Of a stretch of 64,000 nucleotides of DNA, positions 1 through 13,890 are shown piece by piece. Numbering within the stretch: position 1 is the stretch's first letter; every line of letters starts with the position of its first letter. This DNA is from the human T2T-CHM13v2.0 reference genome, Homo sapiens. The notes under the pieces were generated by a model. That model ran no database searches. It was not told the origin of the DNA and saw only the letters and a list, made by a program, of their open reading frames with translations. A program made the position numbers and the translations under genes. The stretch is from the NCBI RefSeq assembly GCF_009914755.1, contig NC_060937.1; one strand, written 5' to 3'.

Positions 1-960
1 AAGGTCATGGTCAACAGTGTTAGATGCCCTAAGAATCTGAGAAAAGGTTACATTATTTGGTAATTAGTGGTGACTTTTTTGAAAAAGTTTCTCTACATTA
101 TGAAAGGATAACGTTGGTGAAAGTGGGTAGCGAGACAGAGTTTACAAGACATGATGATTTCTGAGAAGTTGGAAAGTAAGGTGGAAGGGTTATTTTGTTT
201 CTAAGAATCAAAGAGACTTGACCCTGTTTCCATATTAAGAAGAGTTAAGAGAGTGAGGGAAGTGAGGGAGGATGGGAAGGAGAGAGGGAGGGAAAGAGAT
301 TAAAAGTGTGAAAAAGAGACGAGCAATGCATATTATTTCCTTATAATAATAAGGAAAGTAAAGGTTAAGAGTGCAGAAAAGAGTTGGAGAAGATCGTTTT
401 GAGGATGAAAAAGGAAGGGATAGGTAAATGAATGGAATTTTAAAATGCAGAGATACTGGAGAAGTTCACAAAAGATGACCTTTCTCAGTGAAGTAGTAAA
501 GTATAAATGGCCGAGATTAAAAGAGGAGAGATTGGCAACTAGAAAACAAATTGATAGCAGTCTTCCTGGAAGATGGATAAGGAATAGGCTGGTGATGACT
601 GAAAGTTTTATGGAATGATGTTGAAAACTCAGCTGACTTTGGAAAGCATAAGTAGTGGGTTCAGTCATCACATTTAAAGTGGTTCCTCTAGAAATGCCTA
701 GTAGACAAAAGAAAAGGAAAGCAAACACAGATGTTCAGCCGGACTAAGGGTGAGGAGTTGGCAAGACCCAACTGTGGTATCAGATCAAGGGCATGAAAGG
801 AGCAAAAAAAGACGCAGTTGAAAGGGTGCACCGTGTTTTGGGGCCGGGTCATGAGGACTCTCAGCTCAGAGGAAGGGAAGCTGGTAAACTGGGGAACGGA
901 GGGACTGAAGAAGTGAAAATATTGCAGAGGGCAAATAGCTGATCCAATTTTAGGTGATGA
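1..960 (-). mobile_element. L2 LINE fragment(s), highly diverged
   Basis: Purine-rich sequence resembling antisense L2; boundaries approximate. ORF 333..728 is a chance frame within it. Confidence 0.5.
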
Positions 961-1204
961 GGAGAATAAAGTTGTTTCACTGTGGGGAACCTTCTGCAGT
1001 AAAGCGGCATAAAAGTTGCCAGAAAGGAAAAAAATGTCATTTTTCCGGAGTCTCTGTTTTTAAAGTTAGGAACTGTCCTTGCCTTCAGGCATCTTAAAGG
1101 GAAAATATTCTGTGAGTTATTTCTACATTTGCTGGCCTGTGTTGATCATTTTCTTCAGATATTCACAACTCTATAATATGTAAGCAATCCATTCTTTTTG
1201 GGCT

Positions 1205-1400
1205 CAAATATAGACTTAGTCCAGAATCTATACTTCACTCTACTCCTTACTAGATAAATAACCTCAGGCAAGACATTTCACCAACCTTTTTCTTTTTCTA
1301 TTTCTTTCTCTTTTTTTTTTTTTTTTCCACCTGCAAGATGGGACTCATGAGTTCTAGCTTCCGAGGCTGTCCTGAGGATAAATCATGTACAACTATAAAA
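1205..1400 (+). mobile_element. MIR SINE with internal poly-T tract
   Basis: Matches to MIR core: cttactagataaataacctcaggcaag ... ttccacctgcaagatggga ... gctgtcctgaggataaat. Confidence 0.65.
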
Positions 1401-1410
1401 TATGTTAGGT

Positions 1411-2598
<1,188 letters not shown>

Positions 2599-2649
2599 GT
2601 TTTTTTAATAATTTAAAAGATTCATATTTTTCTATTCTCATCTGTATTA

Positions 2650-2830
2650 GTGGCCTCACTGGTGGCCAATCTTCTGCCTGACTTACCACCTGTTATTCTT
2701 CAACCAGCAGAAAATCCTATTCTGCCCGAGTTTTATTTTTCAAATAAGATCACCTTTATTATGTTTCCCCTTTCTTTAAACTACAGTGTTTCTCCTCTAA
2801 ACATCAAATGTAAAAGCTTTACATCCCCTT
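2650..2830 (+). mobile_element. L2 fragment
   Basis: Pyrimidine-rich sequence resembling sense L2. Confidence 0.45.
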
Positions 2831-3979
2831 GGGAAAATTGCTTAACTATGTGAAATTCTGATTTCCCCTCACATGGCCTTGCAGGATGTTTGCAATAAGC
2901 AGAGATCGTTTGCATAAAGGGCCTAGCGTTATGACTGTCATGAATGAGTGCCCAGTGGATGGGTGCTATGGCAGCAGAGATTTTACAAGGATGACAGAAT
3001 TCTTGTAACAATCCCCAAACCTCATTTCCCCAAGCATAACTTTATTGGATTCTTGGTAATCTATCACTTGTTATTATTATCATGGAGACTAATCATAAAC
3101 TGATTTATGGTTTCAATCAGTTTTTTTCTGGTCCTCACTAGATGGTATATTTCTTAAGACAGAAACTAGGTTTAAATTCTAAACTATATTTCAAGACTAT
3201 TTTAGTCTACAATGAAGATTCAATGACTACTTATCCTAAAGTATGGCATGACAGACAGCATCATACCACCTAGATATTAATGAGAAGAAAAACAAACGTC
3301 TTAAGTAGTTGTCGAATTCAGTAAGCAAAAACGCTACTATTTCTGGAAACAGGGTCTGCTATTCAGTTACAGGAGTCTTTTCGAATGTAGTCAGTATGGT
3401 ACCTACAAACCATGATTTGTGTGTATTATGGACAAAAATTCATCATAATTCTAATAGAATGATTTTAAAGCCAAGTCAGCTTGGAGTATTTATACAGCTT
3501 GTATTTACTTTTGCTAAAATAATTGAATTTGTAACAATTATAAGGCTGCCCAGATCTCTTTAGTGATGAGTATTGATTATTACACTCAGAAGCTTTCCCT
3601 CATTAAAAATAAAGTGTTCTAGTCATTGTGGCTCCATCAACAGACCTTAGTGTCATTGTTACAGTAATCATGTGCTTGATGGATATATTGGGACCTCTTT
3701 AAAGCTTCAGTTGTAACATAATGATTTGCAAAGCTTTCAAAAGTTAATTATCTTGAGTGTCCCAGATAAAAACAAATGTTTCATCACCCTGGACTAAAAA
3801 AAAAAAAAAAAAAAGAAAAGAAAAAAAGCTGTAGTGATAGGCAAGGGTCACCATAGGAAGAGCATCTGCAGAAGTCTTAATGACTTCTTGTCTGTGATTC
3901 AGAGTCCAGTGGGATACGAGCGTAGAAAATTATTCAGATATTTGGGGTGACAAATATCTGAGTAAATGTGAAATCATTG

Positions 3980-4410
3980 TCAAGGAGTAGTGGAAGATGA
4001 GATCAAGAAGGGCCAGGTTATAGAAAACCATGACTTCCAGGAGAGGCATGTAGAATTATGGAGTACTCAGTAGAGAACACAGATGGTTCCTAAACAGGGG
4101 ACTAATACCTTAATTTAGAAAAACCTATCTGCCTATTATAGTAAGTGAAGTAGAGTAGAGGGTGGAGGACTGTGTGAGGTTGAAAATGGGGCCGAAGGGA
4201 GATCTTGAGGCAAGTAGAACAGTAGGAGAAAGATTTGATAGATGCCTGGCAAAAATTCATAAGGGAGTGATCCTTTAAGACAGAATGGAGGAGGGGTTAG
4301 AAAATAACAGAGGAGATTTTTGAGGTGTATGTGGCTATGTTAGGTGAGTGATCAAATGTAAGGCAGGGAAGGCTGGAGTCAAAGAAAACATTGAGGCTTG
4401 AAGTTTGGGT
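3980..4410 (-). mobile_element. L2 fragment
   Basis: Purine-rich sequence resembling antisense L2. Confidence 0.55.
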
Positions 4411-4559
4411 AATGTTTAAATAATTAATGGAATTAGTTAAATTAAAAATAAATCATTTAATAGTAACTGATGTTATAAAAGATTTAGATGTGTAGAAGTG
4501 AAAATACTAGCAGAAAAACCAAATAGAAATATTCATCAGTGTTAAGCTATATATTATTC

Positions 4560-5040
4560 GACAGTACATTTCTCTTTGTGAAAATGTACAAGAATTTTTG
4601 TTTATTTATTTTTACCATGGAATTACTGGCTCATAAAATATGACATTTTCAGTTTTATTTGATAGTGCTGACTTGTTCTCTGGAGCAGTTGTACAAATAT
4701 AAGTTTCCCTTAGCTCTTTATGAGTTTTACTTCTCCAATGCTTGTTGTGTTACTTACATTTTGAACATTGCGCTAACAGCATCTAATTAGATAGCATTTC
4801 CCTGATTGCTGATAAAAATGAGCATCTTTTTCATATGTTTAATAGTAATTCAGAGTCCCTGTTCTCTAAATATCCTATTCATATTCTTTGCCCATTTTTT
4901 CTATTATATTTTGTTTTTTCTCGTTGTTATTGTAGGTGTTCTTTATAGAATATGATGCTACTCTTTTGCAAGTATGTTTTTCCCATCTGTCTCTTTTAAT
5001 TTCACATATGTTCCTCTGTTTCTGAAATGTAAATCTGATT
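4560..5040 (-). mobile_element. Old L1M fragment
   Basis: gcatttccctgattgctgat..gagcatcttttttcatatgttt..tattcatattctttgcccattttt matches the antisense of the L1 ORF2 3' region. Confidence 0.75.
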
Positions 5041-5049
5041 ATATTGCCT

Positions 5050-5204
5050 AGGTAAGGGAGGGAGAGCATTAGGACAAACACCTAATGCAAGCAAGGCTTA
5101 AAACCTAGATGATGGGCTGACACGTGCAGCAAACCACCATGGCACATGTATTACTATGTAACAAACCTGCACGTTCAGCACATGTATTCCAGAACTTAAA
5201 GTAA

Positions 5205-5247
<43 letters not shown>
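5050..5247 (+). mobile_element. L1PA 3' end with (TAA)n tail
   Basis: gggagagcattaggacaaacacctaatgca...aaaccaccatggcacatgt...ccagaacttaaagtaaa followed by (TAA)n at about 5208-5246. Confidence 0.93.
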
Positions 5248-5299
5248 CTTCTTAATTTAAAAAAACTCTATTTACTCATGGACATTTTATCCTACAAGA

Positions 5300-5560
5300 T
5301 TCACCTGATATGTCAGTGCTCCTGTGAATTATTCTCTGATTTCTTATGTGAAAGATCTGTCTTTCCTTTCTTCTTCCTTATGTACTTTGTACTCCATAAT
5401 ATAGAATCATTATAGCACTTCTGACAATTGATCGTATTGGTTTATTTACATGACAGTCTAGATTGTAAACTCCTTGATGGTTTTCTTCACCTTAGTACTC
5501 CCAGAAGCTGGCCCAGGGTCCAGGATAGAATGGGTATTCAGTAATTGCTTTTTGATGTGA
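5300..5560 (+). mobile_element. L2 3' end
   Basis: ctagattgtaaactccttga ... gggtattcagtaattgct resembles the L2 3' terminus. Confidence 0.55.
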
Positions 5561-7471
5561 ATTCCCTTTGAAAAAGGAAGATACCATTTACACTTACTTC
5601 TGAGAGATTTTCACCTTTTTGAAGCCGTGGACCCTGTCTCTCTCACTCATACTCATATTCCACTATGATGTCAATCCTCACATAAGAGATGCTGAATTAA
5701 CATAACCATGATCTCCAGCTAATCAACACACTTGAACCACTGTTTTTCTTTACTCTTCCCAAGAAAAGTAAACATCGTAAAGAAAATAATTTTCATCTAT
5801 ACATCTTTAAAATTGTCATTAAAAGGTAAATATATTCACTAGACATTTGCTGTAACTTTTAGAAAAAACTAAAATGTCGATTACAGACTTTGGTATTGCC
5901 ATGTTTTTTAATGAAGATGATTAAAATAACTTTGGTAAATAACTCCAAAGTAATTTAGTAAGTTTCTACTCAAAATGTATTTGAGATTCAAATATATGCC
6001 TAGAGGGCTACCAATTCACAAAAATATATTGTTATTTCATTTGCTAAAGTACAGTTCTTCAAATTCTTAACAATCTACCGCCTTCCTTGTAATGTGCTAG
6101 GGTGACCTAATTTGTTGGCAGCCTCCGCTAGGATGTGGTAGTGAGGTTGATCTCTGGAATTCGCACACACACTCATTAACCAGATGCAGATGGTCAAATA
6201 ACAGCTATCAGATTGACTCACTTTGAACTCCTTAAAACTTATGTTACACACTTTGGGTCCAAGTTCCCTTTCCACAGCATCATCTTAATACCTAAAGGAC
6301 AGTGACAGCCTGGAAAATTGCATATTCTTTTCTTTTAGAATTTGCTTCCAAGCTTTCTTATCTTTGCTTTGCTGCATATTTTTAAGGTGTTATTTTTTTG
6401 TTAAGCATCAGTGCTATCTTAAGTATGACTGGCACATCTTTTATGTGGCTCTGTAGCATCACGGATGATACTTTTTGGAGCTGACACTCTTCTTATTAAA
6501 AGTGCCATTTTATTTTCTTTTTATTTTTGTCTGTAGATACAGATTGCCGAAAGAAAGGAATTTTCTTTTTCCTTTTTTTTCAGTTAAACTACTGCTACCT
6601 AATACCTAATTTTTATTGATGATAGCACATGCAAAAATGGACGTTAATGCTCTGCTAGCTCCTCCTGGCTGTGGTGATTGGAGTTGGGCCTGTTAATTAG
6701 TTACCCACACTCACAGAGGATTTGATTAGATACTTAATTCTCTTTGGCAACTCTTAGAGCCTGTCATAAAATGTTTTTTGAAAGAAAGTGTGCTCTTTTC
6801 ACATAATTTCATTAAGAACTTTTTCTCAGGCCTTGGAATACATTGGCAATCTCAAATAAAGTTCAAAGAACACCATTCTGATGGAGCAGGTCACTTTTCT
6901 AATTTTAACCTAAGATCTTTATAAACTCCACGTGACAGACTTTTCAGCCATAAAATGTTACCCATTGTCTGTGTTCTATGAATAAAAAGCACAAGTGGGA
7001 ATGCTACAGTTCACATTTGTGAGCTGCTGAGTCTTGAGTTTTTATTTTTAAATGGACCCTCAGGAGCCAAAAAAAAGTTAAGTTAATCATACTCTCAGTT
7101 CCTAGCTCATTATTATCATCCATTCCTGCAAGTCTTGTTTCATTTCCTTCTTCTTACCCAGTACTCCTATTTCCCAGCAACCCCCATTCACTCTAATGAC
7201 TTTGATGAATGTCCTTAAATATGTGTGCACCTTGTACAATATGCAGCATTGTGAAGTTTCCATGTTTTCAAGGATAATAAGCTTTCCAGTGTCAATAACC
7301 TTGTTTACTATTACTTGAACAAACTGCAGCTTTAGCTAATGCATAAAATATGTAAATGAAGGAGCCATAGGATGTTAGGGAAAATATTCAAATCCAGCCA
7401 ACTAGGAAGTGATTTCTTGTTTGTGAGGTATTTAGACCGTGCTAGGTGGCCTTTATTAAACAGTGACTATA

Positions 7472-7768
7472 GGCCGGGCATAGTATCTCACGCCTGCAAT
7501 CCCAGCACTTTGGGAGCCTGAGGTGAGAGGATCACTTGAAGACAGGAGTTCTTGACCAGCCTGGCCAACATTGTGAAACCCTGTCTCTACTAAAAAATAC
7601 AAAAAGTAGCCAGATGTGGTGGCACATGTCTGTAGTCCCAGCTACTTGGAAGGCTGAGGCACGAGAATCACTTGAACCTGGGAGACAGAGGTTGCAGTGA
7701 GATCTCGCCACTGCACTCCAGCCTGAGTGACAGAACAAGACTCTGTCTAAAAAAAAAAAAAAAAAAAA
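7472..7768 (+). mobile_element. Alu (AluS)
   Basis: Full Alu with poly-A; TSD cagtgactat at 7461-7470 and 7772-7781. Confidence 0.97.
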
Positions 7769-7829
7769 GCCCAGTGACTATTACCCATTCACCCATTCAT
7801 AGAACTAAGGTTTTTACCTTAGCTTTATC

Positions 7830-7860
<31 letters not shown>

Positions 7861-8509
7861 ATGGTGTTCTTATTCCCATTTTCTAAATTAAAAAAAAAAT
7901 TCTAAGAAAGGTAAAGTGACCAGCCAAATGGCACACACCTAAATTTTGGTTCTGGGATTAAATCTACATGTGTAGTCTTCTCTCTCAAAAATGGAATGTT
8001 TCTTGTCTTTGGAAACTCCAAGGACAAAAAGATGTCTTAAAGAGATTGGGAAAGATTTGCTTGAGGAAGGATCATATGGCCTTGGCTTTGAAGAATAGAT
8101 CTAATTTGGTCAGACTGGTAGGAGAAAGGCTCATTGTAAGGAAGCAGGCGGGGGTATATTCAACAGGAAACAGTTTTCCTTGGCTGAGCTGCAGAGATGA
8201 CCATTAGAAAGTGGGAAAGGCAGACTGAACCTAAATCATTAGGCATGATCTATTAGGCTGGGAAGTTTGGTTCTGTCTAAAAAATACAGAATTTTATCTT
8301 GTAGGATAGGTTAGGATAGTGGGTGGGGTTGGGAGTAAATTTATTCCTCAGGTGTACGTATAGAAGTTTAAGCTATGACATACAATGACTAACCAGCTAT
8401 ATTACCATTGAAGCTTACATATTCCTATCTGGTTTCAAATTTTACACAACCAAGGTGAAAAAGATAAGACCAAGAACCAAAATAATCAGAAGAGAAAATA
8501 TTAAAAATG

Positions 8510-8735
8510 ATAGTTACTGAGGTCTTGTTAGAAGCCAAGCTTAATGCTTTCCATGTATTGTCTCAAGTAATCTTCATAATAATTCTAAATGGTAGTACTG
8601 TTTTTTTTTCCATTTTGCAGGTTTAGAAAACGAGACATAAAAGTAAGATGGCTGACTCAGAGTCAAAAAGCTAGTTCATGGCCACCGGCCATGAGAATCA
8701 GTGTGTGTCTGATTCTCAACCATTAAACTCTATTG
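8510..8735 (-). mobile_element. MIR SINE
   Basis: ccattttgcaggtttagaaaacgagac...gactcagagtcaaaagctagt matches the antisense MIR core. Confidence 0.7.
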
Positions 8736-11700
8736 TCTCCAATAAGTAAATGGTTAAATGTGTGATAAGAGCCAACTAGTTTAAACTTAAGGCAGTGTTG
8801 GGAATATTTTATCTGATTTCAACTGAGAAAATAGAAAGTGTACAAGTGCTCTCCAAGGAAACCAGGCCATAGGTTTATAGAATGAAATCATAACTTTGAA
8901 GGATGTACTTCATCCTCTCCAAGTACTTAGGCAGATAGACCTGTACATTTTAATACAGTCATGTGGCTGCAAATGTCCTCCAGGGGGCCATTTAGCTATC
9001 TCCTTTTTGCACCTAAAGGTTTTGTAAAGATTTGAAACGCACTGGTAATGAGGTTTATGTCAGAGGCAAGGGGTTGGTGGGGGGGTGTCAAAGCTTTAGT
9101 ATTATGTAGGTTCAACTGTTACAAGGGAGATGGTCCCAGCTGAATTTTTTAAGCAAGGGGAAATAAATCTCTTCAAACAAAGGGACTGCTTTTTCTTTCA
9201 TTCAACCTGATTTCTCTGCCTCTGGGCTAGTCTTTCATTTTACGTAGTCACAGAGAACAGACTCATTGACCCTTCCTCAGGTCCCAAACCAGCTAGTCAT
9301 GACCAGAATTTGGTGATCTGTAATCCAGGTAGAAGAGATGTGAGGATTTTGTTTACGTGTACACTGGTAGCTCATAGAAACCTGTGTATTCTAAAGGAGA
9401 AATTCCTGGCCCAGTAACTGGAATTCCTAAGTTCTCAACACAAACCTACGAACATTTCTATGTGGATGCTTGATGAAGGATATTTATACCATTTCTACTT
9501 TCTTAAACTGTAAAAATTAGACATTTTAGCTTTATACAGTTTGTGTAGTCCTATTTATAAATCACATTATAGTAAATAAGAATATTTTTTCAGTTTACAA
9601 AAATAGCTTAATATTTATAGAAGTCCTACGGTGATTCTTTTCACTCTCTGAATTAGTTAATTTTACGTATCAAGATTTCTTAATGAGGGGCCTGTATTGC
9701 CCCATACCTATTTCATAGAAATATTGTAAGGACTCAAGGTTTAGAAACCCCTAATTTTCTGAGATTGATATGAAAATATAGGATAATTATAAATAATAAG
9801 TATCAGCATTAAGTGCTTTAGTAATTTAGTTATAATTTAGTAATTTAGTTATAAATTAGACATTTTAACAAATTGTGTTTACTGGGGAGAGAAGACAAAT
9901 AGTTAACTAAATAGTTCCTGGATGCTGGGAACTTCATGTATCTTAACTCCTTTAATCTATACAGCACCCCCATTTACCATATCAGTGCACATGAATGAAA
10001 TGCCTACTACATTCTGGAAGTTGCGCTTGATATTGGTGTTACGGTGGTGAACGAGACAGATACAGCCTCCAAACTCAGAAAGCTAAAGAACCAGAGAAAA
10101 TTAAAAGAAGTCCCAATTGTCATATGTAAAGGTGCACAAAGGGTTGGAAGGGGACAGGGGACCTTACATATTAACATTTCATTCTGAGCCCCTGAACACA
10201 TTGAGCTTAGAATTCACATGCATAAAAGGTGGGCAGGCTTTTATGGTTAATAAATATGACCATGTATGGCTGTCCAAAGCCCTTGGTTTCTTTCCTGTCA
10301 TATTATCCTGCCTCCTTACAATAATTGATCATTTCCCAGAAGATAACTTTCCATTTTAAGCATTGAAACAAGTATGCCTTGAATAAGCAAGTGTTCACAT
10401 TAGCGCTTACGTTTGTATTCTACGATGGAGAATGAACTCATGGTCTTTCCTATTTCCATCTTCCCTGATGATGATTCTGTGGCTACAGTTGCCTAGACAC
10501 TGCCTTCAAGGATATTTGAGTGAAGATGACAGCAATTAAAAGGAGTAATGGTTTTCAAAAGCAGTTGTTCTAACAAGCTGCTGCCCAGGTTAGGTGAGCA
10601 TGTTAACATCAACTTCTTTGTCAACCTTCAAGGCACTGTCATAATGAGTTGATCTCTTATTATTATTATTATTTTAATGAAAATGAGACATAACAGAGTT
10701 TGGGGTTCTTTTCCCCCCCAAATACAGTACTATGTTTCTGAAGCCCATGAGATTACTTGAGCATTGGAGTATTTCAATTACCCTTGCAGTGCACTAAGGA
10801 GCAGCGACGTTAATATCTTGTTAATTCCATAACAATCATTGTTCCTTACTTGGTATCCAACATAGCTGCACAAGCATTCTGCCTAATAATAAGACTGCTT
10901 TCTTCCCCTAAATGATTTATAATGCACAGGAAAATCACTCATTATGGACTCCACCTCACTGACTCTGCTTTTAGCACCAGACACATAGTGTGGCTTGGTC
11001 AGAGAAACCCAGGGCTTAATTATAATTCCAAAGGTGTTGTATCCTGAATAATAATTCTATGTCATTAACAAATGGAAATCCCAGGCAATTATTTGAGTAG
11101 GTGAATAACATCAAGGGTAGATGTTATAACCAACTTTTATTATTCCTGAAGAAGAAATGTCACTCGGAATTTGGCTTCTATCATTGGTCTTAATTACCAT
11201 TTACAATATAGGGCTTAGAGAACAATTACCTAAATCACACATGCTCATAAAGAATCATGGGAAGAGGAAGAAGAGGTGGCCAAGGCAAATCAAGTCATCC
11301 TGTTTATTGGACTCCTTCATTTGTTGGCTCAGAACATATTTACCAAACACTTGCTCTATGCCAGGTTCAGTGTTAGGACCTGCAGACAAGAAGAGAACAA
11401 AGTAAGTGGTAGAGAAAGGAAAGAACACTTAAACTTCAGCAGGCACCATGGACCAACGGTCAATTCTCAGTTCTGCCTATAGGATGCCCCATTTTAGGCC
11501 AGCTTCCCATTTATTGCAATTACTCATTGGGGCAAATGAATAACACAAATACATCTGGTTTTTCATAGGTGAAGATGATTTCTGAATATAGATTTGGAGG
11601 TTATTGGCATATGAGTAGGAGCATGCTTGGAAAATTATTTTCCTGAGGACATGTAATTTGGAAACATTGAAAACTTTTTGAAATGAAGGTTGTAATGTTT

Positions 11701-11835
11701 GAGATATGTTTCTGCTTTAACATATCCAAAATGATTTCTAAAGTCCATGTAAAAGGAAGATTTTAATGTAAAATTGCCTATTATTAGATTATTAAAATTA
11801 TTGAATATGGAAGAAATATGAAGAAGAATGGTGAC

Positions 11836-12211
11836 TGATGTGGTTTGTCTGTGTCCCCACCCAAATCTCATCTTGAATTGTAGTTCTCATAATCCCCAAG
11901 TGTCATAGGAGGGACCCAGTGGGAGATAATGGAATCATAGGGGCAGTTTCCACATGCTGCTGTTCTCGTGATAGTGAGTGAGTTCTCACAAGATCTGATG
12001 ATTTTATAAAGGGCTTTTCCCCCTTTGCTTGGCAGTTCTCTCTCCTGCTGCCATATGAAAATGGATATGTTTGCTTCCCCTTCTGCCATTATTTTAAGTT
12101 TCCTGAGGTCTCCCCAGCCGTACAGAACTATGAATCAATTAAACCTCATTCCTTTATAAATTACCCAGTCTCGGGAAGTTCTTTATAGCAGCATGAGAAT
12201 GGACTAATACA
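11836..12211 (+). mobile_element. THE1 (THE1D-like) MaLR solo LTR
   Basis: TG...CA termini (tgatgtggtttgtctgtgtccccacccaaatctcatc ... gaatggactaataca); 5-bp TSD gtgac/gagac. Confidence 0.95.
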
Positions 12212-12711
12212 GAGACGATCAGGAGAGTCTTAGATATTGACAGATCTTCACTTTTGCCAATCCCAAATCATTTCATGTGAACATATGGTGTTTCTCCTTC
12301 TCTTTTTCTATTTGCCCTGCATTATTCTTTTCTTGTTTCTCATGTCTTGTGTCCCTGTTCAGGAAAACTCATACTTTCTCTTCTAGTCAAGGTTTCTATT
12401 GCTTTTTGAAGTTTATTCTCCCTTCTTTAGCTATAGCCACCTTTCTTGAACTAGTTTAAGTTCCTGCCTTGATTTCCTTCAGTGATGAGAAAATTTCCTG
12501 TCTCTAAGGGAGTTCAACAGAGTCAGGCTCCCATATGTTGTTCTAGCAGAAAGAGAAACCTACTATATGCCAAAGAAACACTTCCTGTGCTTTACTTCTG
12601 CTTCAGAGAGTGTCTCTGGGCATAAGCAGGCTCCTCGACTAAACCTCCAGTAAGAAGTGTCCATCAGCATCACAGCCATAACTCAAATCTAGATATTCAA
12701 ATTCCTGGCCT

Positions 12712-12815
12712 GTATATACATTATGTATGTGTGTGTGTGTGTGTACACTTGCATATATGTCTGTGTATATATATATACATTTAAAATTACAATATATGTG
12801 TGTGCATATATGTAT
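12712..12815. repeat. (TG)/(TA) low-complexity microsatellite
   Basis: Mixed tgtgtg/tatata runs; explains the start of ORF 12723..12992. Confidence 0.85.
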
Positions 12816-13269
12816 AAAATCAGAATTCTTGTTAATATCCTCATATATTCACTCATTTATTCAATAATATTACTGAGCACCTACTATATGCAAGCCACTA
12901 TTCCAGGTCGTTGGTATCTAATGCACAAAACAAAGCCTGAGCTGTGTTGGAGCTTACATTCTGGAGAAAAAAAAGGGACAACAATGAAGTAAAAAGTAAA
13001 AGATGCAGTATGTCAGTTGGTGATAAGTGCTCTGAAGAAAAATAAAGCAGAGAAGGGAGCCTAGGAGAGCCAAAGGAGGGGTAGGGGATGTTTGCTCCTT
13101 TAAATGGCGTGGTCAGGGAAAGCTTCACTGACAAGGTGACCTTTGAGCAGACAACTGAAGGCGGTGAAGGAGCAATAGGGCAGGGGTTGTGGGGGAATAG
13201 CATTACAGGCAGGAGAAACAGCAGGTGCAAAGCCTGGAGACAGGACTGTATTTGGCTTTGTCCAGACCC

Positions 13270-13390
13270 AGGTAAGAATCGTTTCTCCAAATTACACAAC
13301 TTGGCTGAGGGCAGTGGGCAGGAGAAGCACCATACACAGAAAACACTGTGACCAGTGCCCCCTGGAGTTGTGCAATGAGTCTGCCCTTGC
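13270..13390. mobile_element. hAT-Tip100 MER91-like fragment
   Basis: tgccccctggagttgtgcaa resembles the recalled MER91 end. Confidence 0.45.
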
Positions 13391-13477
13391 AAGGACACCA
13401 GTGTGGCTTGAGTAGAGGGAAGCGAGCCAGATCTCAGAGTGCCTTGTAGACCTGTGTAAGGACTTTGTTTTACTCAG

Positions 13478-13890
13478 CAGTATGCTAGTAAATGTTTAAC
13501 AATCAGCTCTTGGGGGAATGAAGGGGAAGAGATTTGACTTTGATTTGTAGCATTTGTCAATTGCTATAGTGGAAACAGTCACACCAGGGCTGAGACTAAG
13601 CAGGACGTTGCTGAATGTGGAGCTGGGAAGGGAAGTGCAGCGGTACCAACGCTCATATAGTATTTCTTACATATAGATAAAATAGATGTAAATAGCTGCA
13701 AGAGCATAGATGATATAGTAAAGCGTAATAGGAAGGGATGAGTTTTGAGAATGAGTTACCTATGTTTTAAATATAATGTATATAATTATATGTTTATGTA
13801 ATTTAATTTTTAAGAATGGCTGCGTTTCTCAAGCTTGCAAAATTTGTCAGCTCTCTTGAGCTGGTATGAGCTGGCTTCAGCACACCACTG
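13478..13890 (-). mobile_element. MER63 (MER63B-like) hAT-Blackjack DNA transposon
   Basis: Ends cagtatgctagtaaatgtttaacaa and gagctggtatgagctggcttcagcacaccactg; interior matches recalled MER63. Confidence 0.85.
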
